A DNA stretch of 64,000 nt from Batkoa obscura (Eukaryota). Shown one piece after another: positions 10,747 through 23,421 of the stretch (position 1 is its first letter; each line of letters begins with the position of its first letter). Under the pieces are notes generated by a model, which was given only the letters and a program-made list of their open reading frames with translations, did no database searches and was not told where the DNA came from. The stretch spans positions 62,001 through 126,000 of the forward strand of contig JASVEC010000027.1 of assembly GCA_030770535.1 (NCBI GenBank), read 5' to 3'. Position numbers and translations under genes: made by a program.

Positions 10747-10848
10747 TGGGAGTGTATTTTTGTGTTTAAGAATTTTACTAACAATTTTTCCACTTAAATA
10801 GCGCTTAAAAGATAGAAAAAAGTGATGAAGCCAAAAAAAACACCCACA
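10747..10848 (+). mobile_element. MITE family A copy
   Basis: TGGGAGTGTATTTTTG...AAGAATTTTACTAACAATTTTTCCACTTAAATAGCGCTTAAAA...AAAAAAACACCCACA. Confidence 0.75.
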
Positions 10849-11401
10849 TATGAAAATCAAAATCAAAATCATTTTTATAAAATAATAATAGTTATTGAAT
10901 AATAACTCCTTTTATCAATATCTAAATAATAGTATTTTTCTATCTTAATTGTATACAAAATGATCTAAATAATTCAAATAGACAATGTTTATTCATCTTA
11001 TCTTTTTTTAAAATAAAGAACTTAGCTAAGGTTTTCGTTCAACTTTAAAAAAATAAAGATTTAATTATAGAACATAAAAAACGTTCAAGTTATTATATTA
11101 GTTTCAATATCGAACAATATTACTTAGTTTAATAAGATTTATTTCATATTTAATATTATCGATTACTTGTAGATATTTATTTTTTCAAAACTAATTATCA
11201 ATTAAATTTAAGAAAACAAATGTTGTAAATTTAAGAAATAAATAAGTTTTATTTTATATACAGTTTATTAAATTTGAATAGAATAAGATTAAGTTAATAG
11301 TAAGTGACTATAGATATAAATAAGTATTTAAATATAATTGGGATAATTACAAAAAATACTAGTTAAAAAAAATTGAAAAAAAGAAGAGGAAATGATAGAT
11401 A

Positions 11402-11613
11402 TTAGTCATTTCTATTGATAGGCCTTGGTGGTTGAAAATTGGAACTGTCTTTAGAAATGGAGGTGGGATCATGTGGAACTAATAAATAGTTATTTAGTAC
11501 AAAAAGCTCAATATTATTATATAAATAACTTTACCTTGATTTGAATTTAGAATATAACTCATACAATTGAGTGTTAATAAAGATAATAATAAAGTTAATA
11601 CTGATTGATGCAT
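11402..11613 (-). CDS. Small secreted peptide (51 aa, 2 exons; intron 11479-11534)
   Basis: AAAAAACAATG start; exon 1 MHQSVLTLLLSLLTLNCMSYILNSNQ; GTAAAG...TACTAAA...TAG intron; exon 2 continues in frame VPHDPTSISKDSSNFQPPRPINRND*. Confidence 0.6.
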
Positions 11614-12262
11614 TGTTTTTTATATTGTAATAAAATTGTATTTTAAAATGAATTATTATTTTGTAATAGTACTTGGAATGGAATTCGATAAGTATTTATA
11701 ATGCTTTAAAATCTTCAAAGCTGGTCGTTTTAAGATGAAATTGTCTAATGTTGAATCATTTGGTAAGAGATCAACAAGATTAATTTTTTAGATTATTAAA
11801 GTGAAATTGCTGAAATATTAATTTGAAGTTTGTTTTATATAGCTTATTTGCTTATTTTGATATTAATGATTCTATTTTATAGTTCTAGGTTTTATTGTTT
11901 TATCATTTTTTATTAATTTTTATTTTCACATATTATTTAATTCTATTATACACCTTTTTGATAAATGTTTAAAACGCCGAAATTGAACATTTGTAAACAA
12001 AAATTTAACAAATTGCTAAAATTTTTAGTATTTTGATAAGCTTTTGATAAGCTTTTGCTTCCAATTAGCTAACTATCTGAGTTTTATACATTTTTCAAAA
12101 GGGTGTAATTTTAATTTTAAATAGGAAAAAATCGGATATTAAATTTTTTAAATATATCATAATGAATAAAAGAATAAAATAAAATAAGAAAATAAAATAT
12201 AAAAATTTATTAAAAATTGAGATAATGAAAAATTGAAAAATATTATTGTATAATTACTTGTG

Positions 12263-15200
12263 TTACCCCTGATTTTGTAATACTTTTTCAATACATCTAT
12301 TAATCACTTCTTTGTAAGGTTGCATATCTCTATTTAATTTATTTGCCACTTGATCTCTTACTTGTTTTTTAGTAATTGCCATTAAATCCGCATTTTCCAA
12401 AATGATAGCTACTTCATCCATAATTTCAATTTCTAATTGTGTAGCAACAATTGGACTATTAGATGTAGTATCATTTGGTGTATCATAACCTAATAGCGGT
12501 TTTGGAGATTCGGTGCCTGGAACATAATGATGGCCTAAATACCCTTGTTGATTTGTATTATCAAACATACCACTACCAGATCGATTATTAACATTTCTTT
12601 GATAAGGATTCGTTATATTAGGATTATTATTATTGCTGTTATTAGCTGGTATTGGCATCATCTGATAAGATTCATTTTGTATATTATTATTATTATTATA
12701 TTGACTCATTGTATTTTTATTTGTTGTATTATTATTATTATAAAATTCAGTACTTGGATTGTTTATATTTAATCTTGATCCTGGACGAGAAGCAATATTA
12801 TTTGGTAACATATTACCAATAATCATATTAGAAGATCTTGGACCTGAATTCATATTTTGATAAACAGATTGGGTTGGGTTTTGTAACTGATTAGGTTGAT
12901 ATAGCATTGAATTTGTATTATTAATCGGTGGATAAAAACCAGATTGTGTTTTATTTTGTAAATTCGATTTTTTACTTTCGTTAGAATATTCCGTTCCTGC
13001 TTCCCAGATCTCTTCTTCATATTCCGTCCATTTCTTAGTTGGTATTGTTTTAATATCAAATTTACCTTCATCTGCTCCAGATGCAACTATTACTTTTTTA
13101 CGTTTCCCATTTTCACCAACTACAATTCTAGTTGATCCCCATGAAAAATCATCAAAATGCCAAAAAGAATAAATTGGTATAAAAAAGGCAAAGATTGGCA
13201 ATGCTAATAAATAAACAATCATCCAACCAATGTGTTGCCATTGCCTTCTTAATATAAATACGGTCATTTGTAATACATAAGGTGCTAATATAAATACCAA
13301 AGATATAATAGGTATATTACTTGAATCAGTAATTAAGCGATATAATAAATAACCCAAATAACCTAATGTAGCTGGCATTATAATTGTTGATAATAAATCC
13401 ATAAATACAACAAATCTCATTGAAAAACAACAAAATCCACATAACCTTGGTAAAAATACTAATTCTAATAAATTATGAACAGTTGAGTTAATCCATCTTC
13501 TTCTTTGAGATAACAAAACATCCCAAGTATCTGGTGCATTAGTTAAACACATAGCATCTGGTGTAAATGTCATTTTTTGAAATGGAAAATGTTTTAACAT
13601 TAAAGTAGTTAAATAACGGTCTTCTCCTAAATGTAATAAATTCTTTTTGTGTAATGTATCTACTCGATTTTCGGAATAATCTGTAATTAATACATTATGT
13701 ACTAATAAAGGTTGACCTGCTGGTGTTCTTAATCGATACATACAAAAACAACCTGGTAAGCAAGTAACAGAACCAAATAAAGATTCAAATGCTTTAGCTA
13801 AATGATGGGATATATAATATTCATAAACTTGGATCATGGTGGCCCAAGTATCTTTTTCATTAGCTAACGCTGTTTCTCCACATAATCCCATAATCTTAGT
13901 GTCATGTAACATGGCAGATACTAATCGATTTAATGAATCTGGCATAACTACAGTATCAGCATCCACCATTAATACATATTCATAAAAATGAGGATCTACA
14001 CCAATCACATTTTTAATTTGATGATACATTTCTAACTCTAAGGGTACCATTGGATGATCATAATGAACTTTATTAAAGAACTTCATTAAGATTAATTGTG
14101 AATCTCTTTTTCCTCTGTTTCCTGGTTTAGCTCTTTCTGTAGGTCTACCTACTTTAACAACAACTAAATAAGGTACTACATGACCATAACATTCATATAA
14201 ACCAGTATAAGCTTTAGCCATATTATGTTGTTTTGAACCTTCTCCTAAAGAATGAAAAGATAAAGCTTCAGGTTCGTTATTGGGATCAGATCCTAATATA
14301 TCTAACACAATTCTTGGTGTAGGTTTATCATTACCACCTCCCATTACCATACCATCAGCTACAATAAATAATAATTTACGTTTATCATCATATTTTAATA
14401 CGGCTAGTGAATCAATTGTTTTCCTTAAAGATTCTTCACCTTCAGTATAACAAGGTACATTAATAATAACAAATCGGTCATGATCTTCAGGCTCTGGACG
14501 AGAACCTAACTGTAGAGATGCTAAAAATTTAACAAATAAAATAGCAAATAAGAAGATAGATAAAGCTAATAAAATATATTGTGCAAATACACAACGAAAA
14601 GATTGTCGATCATCTAAAACTCCTGAATAAAATACATTATTTAAACATTGCATTGTTAATGCTTTAGTTTGTGCATCATTTTGATATAACTTATTAAATG
14701 CTAAAGTAATATCTTTTCCAGACCCAACACGAACCAAATCAATAAAATTAGGGTCCATAAAATCATAACCTGAAGATGAAGGAGATTGACCAGGTGGTGT
14801 TAAAGTATATAAATTGCCAGTAACATAAGAATTTAAATCATATATTCTTTGATTTAATTCTACCCAAAAATAACCGGTTGCTGCTTTTTTAGATAATGTA
14901 GTTGGATCTACAGCTAAATCACCTGCTTTCATCGTTAATCTCATTCTTTGCATGGCATTTTGATACCAGTCTGGTTGATAGTAATCCGATCCTCGATAAT
15001 ATCGATGATCATGATATTGAGCATTTTTATCTTGAGCACCTAAAGTTGTATTTTGTAAAGAAACTGTTTCATCAATAGAACTACCATCATATCGATTACA
15101 TAAGGAACTTAACTGCTGTGGAAATAAATAAGATACATCATTACCAGCATAAACTTTAATTAATTGAGTTTGTTGAGTACCATAATGAGTAGATAAACCC

Positions 15201-18016
15201 TGTAAATTAAAGACTTGTCCATAAATAGATACTAATGGTTTACTTGCCGTGTTAAAGGAATTCACTTCATAACTTGAAAAGATTTGACGAGTTGGACAAA
15301 TTAGAGGATTAATACCAACAATAAATAAAACTACTAAGGCACATAAAAAGAAAATAATTAAACATAAACTAACTTTTTCACGCCAAGCCATACGAACTTC
15401 TTTTAATTTCATTCTTCCACAACAGGATAAAAAGGAAGTAGGCACCCACCAAGTCATTGCCCAAGTAAAACAAATCCAAGATTTTCTCACTTTTGTTTTT
15501 GGTATATCTTCATCTTCTTCTTCTTCTTCATCAATTGTATTTAAATTTAATTGATTTTCTGCTTTAGTTAAATGAATTTCTCCATCTTGAGATTGAGAAA
15601 ATTTACTACCTTTTTCATAAAAAGATAATTGATCTTCATTTAAATTATCATCATCTGAATAATAAGATTGATTATCATTTAAAAACCCAGTAGGAGAATC
15701 TTTATTTAAAGCATTAACTCCCTGTGTTTCTATTACTTTTAAATTATCTTCTAAATCTCTCCAAATACCATCACAAAGATAAGTAAATTTATGTCCAATT
15801 GCCATATGTTCCGTACCCCAACCAAAACTTTCTCTTGAATTAACTAAAACTGATAAGGGATCATTTTCATCCACTTCAATTCCCATAGCTATTAAAATTG
15901 AAGAATATCTTGTAACAAATTCATTATGTTGATAACAAACAGTATATTCAATTTCTTTACGTTCGGTCATATAAACTAATCGATATCTTTCAATTTGTTG
16001 TAATATAGTTTTACTATCAATATTATCAAACATTCGATTTTGATTGGAATTAAAACATAATACAAACCAAGCTTCAGTATTATCAAAAGTATCAAATAAT
16101 TCATCTAATCCAGTTTTAAATTGAGCTAATGAACCTTGAGGTTTATCTTTACTATTTTCTTTTAAATTTGCTTCTTTTTTCTTTTTCATACTTGGTTTAC
16201 GTAAAGGTACACTTGGTTGTTGAGCAGCTACAATAGCATTCCCATTTTTGGGATTCACTTCAGTATAAACTGCATCCGAAGTAAATAATCCAGCTACAAA
16301 TGGATTACCAACTAAAGTATCTGGACCACCACGAAACGTTTGAACAAAATCAGCACCAATAGATGCTCGATTTTGTTCCATAAAACCAGATACTGAATAA
16401 GTTATTGGTTGAGTAAAATGATGGACACAAAATTGATTATTGCTACGATCTAATTGAAATAAATCTTGATGAGAATAATTTTTTGCTAAAGAAGTCATCA
16501 AGGAGGCATCAGTAGCTGGTCCCTTAACTTTATTGGCTAATTTATCCATAATAGCAACAATACCTGAACTTGGCTTACCAAGTAATTGAATTAATGTATG
16601 ATTATCAGGATATTCTACAATTGGAATAGTAATACCATCTTCTTGATAGGAAGTATTAGAAGCTTCAAATACTTGAAAACAACAATAATTAAATAATCTT
16701 TCATTAGCATAATTAACACAAAATTGTTCAAAATTACAAGAAGAATCGGAATAATAAAAACCAGGTAAATCTAATAAACCAATAAAATTAGCTTGTATAT
16801 CTTGACAATATTTAGTATTGATATGCTCAATCATCCAAGAAAATAATAAAGAATATAAACATTTAACTAAATCATCTCGTTGAATTTTGGCATCTTTAGC
16901 ATCTAAAAATATAGTACACATTTCTTTTTTGATCATTTGTGTTTTATATGTTAATAAAGCTTCTAATGTATTGGGTAATAAACCTAAAAAATCAGCACAA
17001 ATATCTAAAATATCGATATTTTTTATCAAGGCAGGTTCATTATTATTATTTCCATGATTAACAAAATTCAAATTTCCTAAATGTAATATTGAGGCTAATA
17101 ATTGAAAGATTTGACTTTGTGAACGTTGATGAAAACCTAATATTTTTAAAGATTTTTTAAGTTCACTAAAACTTTGTCTCAATTCTTCTTGATTGAAATC
17201 ATTATTGGTATGAGCCAAATAATTAAAACTCATAGCATCACCAAGTTTAAAATGTTCTTTTTCTTGAAGATCAACACCAGCTAACAACATATAAAACACT
17301 TTAAAATTACTTTCGTTTCTAGGTACATTAGCTACTCGGTTTTTAGCTAATAAATAATTTAAAAATTTTAAACCATAAACTCGTCCTTTCTTATCTAATT
17401 GTAATTCTAAATATTTGCCAACTTTGGAAGCATTTGGATTTTGAAATGTTTTACAACTACCAAACGCTTGAAAAACAGCATCCGCTTCTTGAGATGCTTC
17501 TAATAATCGTGCTTCTTTACGATGTGTTTTTCGTAATTCAAAATAACAACGTAAAAATTGTTGAAATAAATGCGATTTACCAGAGCCAGAATCACCGCTA
17601 TTAGAAAGAAAAAGAATTAGTTTTAGTTACTAACAATAAAATATAAGAGTTTACTTAAAAATTAAGGTTTGATCAATACCTGATCGTTTTAAATGAAAAT
17701 AAATTACTTTACATAATTGAAAGATATGGGGTTCTAATTCTTGTTGATGATTGACATTATTATTGTTTTTTAAATAATAGCCCATCACATCTTCATGAAA
17801 ACAAGATAAATCATTGTATGGATTAATATATAGTAATAAACGTGCTCCTACTTTAGTGAAATATTGTCGATCTTTGAAGCGTAAGTTAAGTGCTTGGTTT
17901 AAGTATACATCCGTCTTGGGACTCAGAAAGGTTAAGTCTTGAATTTTACCTAAATCATCAATTGAGGACTTATCATCTTCGGTAGGGTTTGGGAAGTTAG
18001 ATAAGTGCTTAGCCAT
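12263..18016 (-). CDS. Class V chitin synthase with N-terminal myosin motor domain (intron 17598-17654)
   Basis: Myosin motifs (LYINPY, PHIF, spliced P-loop GDSGSGKS, FEQFCVNYANERL), cytochrome-b5-like region, chitin synthase motifs (GKRDSQ, MVDADT, LGEDRYLT, QRRRW) and a C-terminal DEK_C-like end (ADLMAITKKQVR). Confidence 0.95.
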
Positions 18017-19400
18017 CTAAAATTGGAGAATTGACACTTTTTTATGAAATATGAGAATGAGATGCTTTCAATATGAGTCAAAGTATTTTTATGAAAGAAT
18101 ATGAATAAAAAAAGTATTATAAAATCTAAAGAAAAGATAGAATACTTTTTTTAATCAAAAAAATTAAATAAAGGAAAATTAAAAGATAGTTATAAAAAAA
18201 ATAACTACTTATTTAACAAAAAGTAAAATTAAATAAAAGGAAATTTATTTTTTATTGATAACTTATTTATAATTCATCTTAACTGCCCCACAGCTTCCTA
18301 CATTTGGCCTTTTGATTGTAACGAACTGTTTTCATTTTAATTTTTTAATTTTTGGCTAAAAAATATATAAAAAATGCCTGTTAGCTTTCTTATTTTGGTA
18401 GGTTTCAATTTCCATTTCAAAAAATTTTGGCTTTAAGGAGATTATTAAAACGTGGGTGGGGTTTGAAAACAGAGAATTTATAAAAGATAAAATGAATAAA
18501 AAATAGATTATAATTAAAAAATAGTGGAAAAAATCAGGATAAATTAATTAAAAGCACACTTTACTATTTTATTATATACTTATTATATTGTACATTATCC
18601 ATTAATACAGTCCTAGTAGTCCTATTGTATTTTTTTTTAAAATAATATTGACTCATTTTCAATTGAATGCTAAGCTTTTCGATCTGTCTTGGCAAGTTTC
18701 TATTTATAAAATATCATTAGCAATAGTTTTATTTTTATTAAAACATAAATAGATTCTTATCTACTTTTATAAAATACCATAAAATTAAATAGGAACTCAC
18801 ATAAATTAAGTTAGGTTCTTATTAATAAGTATAATATATCGGAGTTTTATGGCCATTTTGTTATAGAAAAAGCTGGCTAAGTATTAACATTTTTGATGTA
18901 AAGGAATAGAGTGAGCTTACATCTGTTAAACTTCAGTTATGCAATGATTAGCGATAGTATTTATAATTAATAATTTGTTTAGTTATACTAATTTGGGGCT
19001 CATTTATCAGTTTTTTTATTTTAAAATGAGCAGCTGCTTATTTCACAATTGAAATTTAAAAGCTGTATTTTTATAAGATCAATAATTATGATCTGAATTT
19101 GTATAGAAAATAAAATATAGTTTTACCAATAGTAAAGTATTTAAATTTGAATTAGTATATAAGAAGATAGTACATGGTATATTGATTCTTGTTTTTATTT
19201 TTAAAATATCAAAAATAAAATTCAAATTCATTTGTTTTCAAAAGCCAAAAAAAGTTGAAATTTAAAATTGGCCATCTTTTAACGGCTATTTTTTAATTTA
19301 AAGATCGGCATTTTTGGTTGAAAATTGGAGTTAGAAATTTGAGGTATTGTTTTTTTTATCTAGAATTTTAAGCGAGTTAAAAAGTGAGCAAAATATTACA

Positions 19401-19498
19401 TGAGGATGTATTTTTTTAAGAATTTTACTAACAATTATTCTACCCAAATAGTGCTTAAAAAATGGAAAAAGTGATGAAACAAAAAAAACGCTTCCACA
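19401..19498 (+). mobile_element. MITE family A copy
   Basis: TGAGGATGTATTTTTTTAAGAATTTTACTAACA...AAATAGTGCTTAAAAAATGGAAAAAGTGATGAAAC... Confidence 0.75.
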
Positions 19499-19526
19499 AA
19501 TTAACATTTCTGTCACTCTAGTATTT

Positions 19527-19623
19527 TATAACCAACCACGAGAAAGTAGAGGGATATTTGACCATTCGAATTCTCTCAATTGAATGAGTCAAATATCCCC
19601 CTGTTTTTTTGTAATTGGTTATA
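19527..19623. repeat. ~97-bp imperfect palindrome (foldback/MITE-like element B)
   Basis: TATAACCAA...GGGATATTTGACCATTC / GAATGAGTCAAATATCCC...TTGGTTATA arms. Confidence 0.7.
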
Positions 19624-20274
19624 TGAGTTCAAGTTGAATTTTGTTGAAGATTTTATTTTAGATTTCTTTAATTGAATATTTTATAAGGATTAAAAACATT
19701 AGCTTATAAATGGTTTGCTTTTAAATACTATCAAAAAAGGGCATAATATATAAGTGAGAGCTATAAGGGAATAGTTAATATCATATTAAATTTAGGGTAA
19801 AAGCTAGAACATTTCATGACTTGCTTCAAAAGAAGACAATTACTTTAACCATTTTAATAAAGTTAAACCTAGTAATATTTAATTTAAAAAGTTGTGATAT
19901 TTTACTAAATCTTTATGAATACTAATTAAATTGATTTTACTTTGGAAATACAAAAGCCATTATAATTAATAATAGGTTATTTATAAATTTGCACCTGGCG
20001 GGTTGTAAGGTTACAAATGATTATAAGTTAATATTTAAAAATACTTTATAATGATTTTGTATTAAACTAAAATATATAAAGAAATAATAGTTAAAAGATA
20101 GTTTTGAAATAAATCATAGTTGTAAATCAATTAATTATTTAAAAAAAAGAATGAAGATAATAAAAGTATAGGTTTGAGTCTGTTTAATATTGAGTAAGTA
20201 ACAGGAACCAATTAATAGGGTATTGACCAAAGAGTCTGCAAAATTAAATAATAATTTTGTAGGAAGGGGTTATA

Positions 20275-20374
20275 TGGGGGTGTATTTTTTTGTTTAAGAA
20301 TTTTACTAACAATTTTTCCACTCAAATAGCGCTTAAAAATGTAGAAAGTAATGAAACCAAAAAAAACATCCTCA
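20275..20374 (+). mobile_element. MITE family A copy (best preserved; TA flanks)
   Basis: TA|TGGGGGTGTATTTTTT...AAAAAAACATCCTCA|TA. Confidence 0.8.
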
Positions 20375-20816
20375 TATAAATGTTAAAATTTGTTAAAAAA
20401 TATTGATATAATTTTTAAAAAAGTGACTTATTAATAAAACAAATGCTTAAATAAATAGGTATGATATAAATATAAAGTAGAGATAATAAATAAATTGTAT
20501 ATAATATATATATTGTATCTTATACATAAAATTTATTTTTATCAGATAAAACTTAATAAGAAAAAACACTACTGCAAACTTATTAATTTAGTTACTTATT
20601 AAGCACTCACTTTTGATTTTTAAAGTCTTAGTCTATTTTTTTAAATGTAACAAGCAATTATATTCATCAAAAAAAGTAAGCATAGAAAGCTTTATAAAAA
20701 ACTACTAACTTTAAGTAATTAATTCGAGTTAATGATAGAATAAAAAGTGAAAAACTTTTAAGTTACAATTGTTTATCAACTATATTAATAAAACTCAGGT
20801 TTAATCTACCCTATTT

Positions 20817-22098
20817 TCAACTACTTTCCTTAAGTTTTTGAATTTTTTCCTTAATTTCTTTTGAAATAAATAAATCATCTAAAAATTTAGTGGACCCTTT
20901 AACAGCAGAATATTGATCAATATCGGTAACTCCATTCTCACGTAAAAATAATTCATCCACTAAAAAATTACCACTAAATTAAAATACCACCAGTTAATAT
21001 CATATGATAAAGAGTTGGATAATATTCTTACGTAAATTTCTTACTATCCTTATTAAATACCATATATGCTGAGTCCGCCATAATCTCTGGGGTACTAGAA
21101 ATGTCAATTTAATCAATTCACAATAGATTTAATTTACTTACCGACAAAGCTCTGGTTTATTCATTGGTCCTAAATAATCGATTTAATACAACACATAAAC
21201 TGAGATCAACCTACTTACCAAGCGCTTGTAAAGCTGCAGTCATGATAACAGTAAAAGGCCACAATGCATTGACTGCAATACCATCTTTTTTAAGCTCACT
21301 GGACATACCAAGTACGCACATTGACATACTATATCTAAAAAGTAATAAGAGCAACAGTTTTAAACCTGAAAAAAACATATCTTACTTTGCCATAGTGTAA
21401 GGACCATAACTCTGGAACCATTTTTTGTCCATGGTTAGTGGCGGGGCAAGATTTAAAATATGTGGATTACTACTCTTTCTTAAGTGAGGAATGGAATGCT
21501 GAGAGTAGTTAAAAATTTAATAAAATTAATGTTTTATAAGTGAGCTAACAACAAACCTTAGATACCAGCCAAGTACCGCGGGTGTTAATCTGATGCATCA
21601 AATCATACTTTTCTATCGTAGTTTTCTCAGTGTTTGTTAAATTAATGACAGAGGCTTAAAGTAATTAATAAATTTAATAAATAAGATCATAGATTAAATT
21701 TACCATTATTAACTAGAATATCAAGACCGCCAAATTGCTTCACTGTTTGACTAATGGCGTCAGCAATCTGTTCTTCACTTCGAATATCGCAAGCCATAGG
21801 TAATGCTTTTCCTCCCGCCTCTTCTACTTCTTCAGCTGTGGCGTAGATTGTCCCTGGCGCCTTTAAAGAAACAATTAATAAGCTCTTGTTTCTTTTTTAT
21901 TTTATTCACTTACTTTTGGATTTGTGGTGGTTGTCCTTGCTGCTATTGCTACATTTGCTCCATCTCTGGCTGCTCTTAAAGCTATTGCTTTACCAATACC
22001 TCTATAAAGTTGGTATTGTTATTTACTGTTGTCTCGTATACTTTATTGAGTTACCTTGATGCTCCAGTTACAAAAATTGTCTTTCCTTTCAAACTCAT
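20817..22098 (-). CDS. HSDL2-like SDR, copy 2 (inverted duplicate of 6319-7595)
   Basis: Reverse complement gives MSLKGKTIFVTGASRGIGKAIALRAARDGANVAIAARTTTNPKAPGTIYATAEEVEEAGGKALPMACDIR... with the same intron positions; UTR/promoter similarity extends beyond the CDS. Confidence 0.88.
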
Positions 22099-22207
22099 TA
22101 TACTTTAATAAAAAAGAATTTTTTGATTTTTGATTTTTGATTTTATTGATGTCGTCACTCTTGTGAAAATTTGGCACGTGATTAGGCCCTAGCCTAAAGT
22201 GGTTTTG

Positions 22208-22426
22208 TATAATAAGGGCTAAAAGTGATCCCACAGTGTGTTTTTCGATTTTTTCAAATAACATAAATGTTAGAAAGTGAAAAAATCGGGAAAAAATATG
22301 TAGTAATTAGAAGTAATACAACACGCTTAATCTATCAAGAAAATTTCGATTTTTTTACTTTCCAATATTTTATATTATTTGAAAAAATCGAAAATACATT
22401 GTAGAGTACTTTTCGCTCTTACTATA
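22208..22426. mobile_element. ~220-bp element with ~80-bp terminal inverted repeats (MITE-like element C)
   Basis: Left arm TATAATAAGGGCTAAAAGTGATCCCACAGTGTGTTTTTCGATTTTTTCAAATAAC...AAAAAATCG; the right arm reverse-complements to TATAGTAAGAGCGAAAAGTACTCTACAATGTATTTTCGATTTTTTCAAATAAT...AAAAAATCG. Confidence 0.75.
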
Positions 22427-23324
22427 TTACTATGACTTATAAGTAGAGTAAGTCTATAAAAATTCTATTGAATTATGATCAAATTTATAAGATTGATATA
22501 TATATTACTATCAGTTATTTGTTTTTAATACCTATTACTTGATTAAAAGACACTTAAAATGCACAGTGAAGGTTGAAATTCTTCTATTATAAAATTTAAT
22601 TATTGATATCCAACAACGAGAATTAGGCCATTAGAAATCAAATGCTATATCCAAACATCCCAAAAAAATAAACTGAAATACATAGTGATTAATAAAAATG
22701 ATATCAAGTCTTTTGAACTTAGACTGTTCTAGTGATTGAGTTAAAATAGGCATTGTAAATGCCAGCACCATTTCAAATTATGATCTTCACTACTTCCACA
22801 TTATATCCGCTTTCATTTCATTTAAATAAAATAAAAGAATAAAGGAATAAAACAAAACAACGGACTTATTATTCATTTTATATCTTTAAATATAATTTAA
22901 CTTTGTGTTTTCATACTACAGTGTTTTATCAGTTTCAATCAATTGTTAAAGTATGGAGAATTCAGCTGAAACAGCACTCTCAGTTTAGCTATACATTAAG
23001 TTGCGAACTAAACATAACATACCCGAGGAGTAAAAATCTAGTTTGTTATAGCACAAGCCTTGACCACTATGATGGTTTCCTTAATCTAATTAAAGTATCC
23101 GTGGATTAGCTAATGAAACACTTGTTAAATGAAATGTCACAACAAACTGAAATATATATCCAACTAGGAAAAAGTGTTTTTATACCCGAACCCCCTCATA
23201 AGCAATAAAATTGATGACTATGGAAATTACTATATTTGTTTTATTTTATTTTATTTATTTTATTTTTGGTAATCTAAAATAATGGAAATTACTAAATTTT
23301 GAATTTTATCAGTAAAAAAATAAA

Positions 23325-23421
23325 TGGAATATTTTTTTGTTTAAGAATTTTACTAACAATTATTCTACCAAATAGTGCTTAAAAAATGGAAAAAGTGATG
23401 AAACTAAAAAAAGCACTCTCA
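23325..23421 (+). mobile_element. MITE family A copy (degenerate left end)
   Basis: TTTGTTTAAGAATTTTACTAACAATTATTCTACCAAATAGTGCTTAAAAAATGGAAAAAGTGATGAAAC...CACTCTCA. Confidence 0.72.

Noticed and set aside
19331..19516. 61-aa ORF on the minus strand
   Set aside because: Overlaps a MITE-A copy; spurious.
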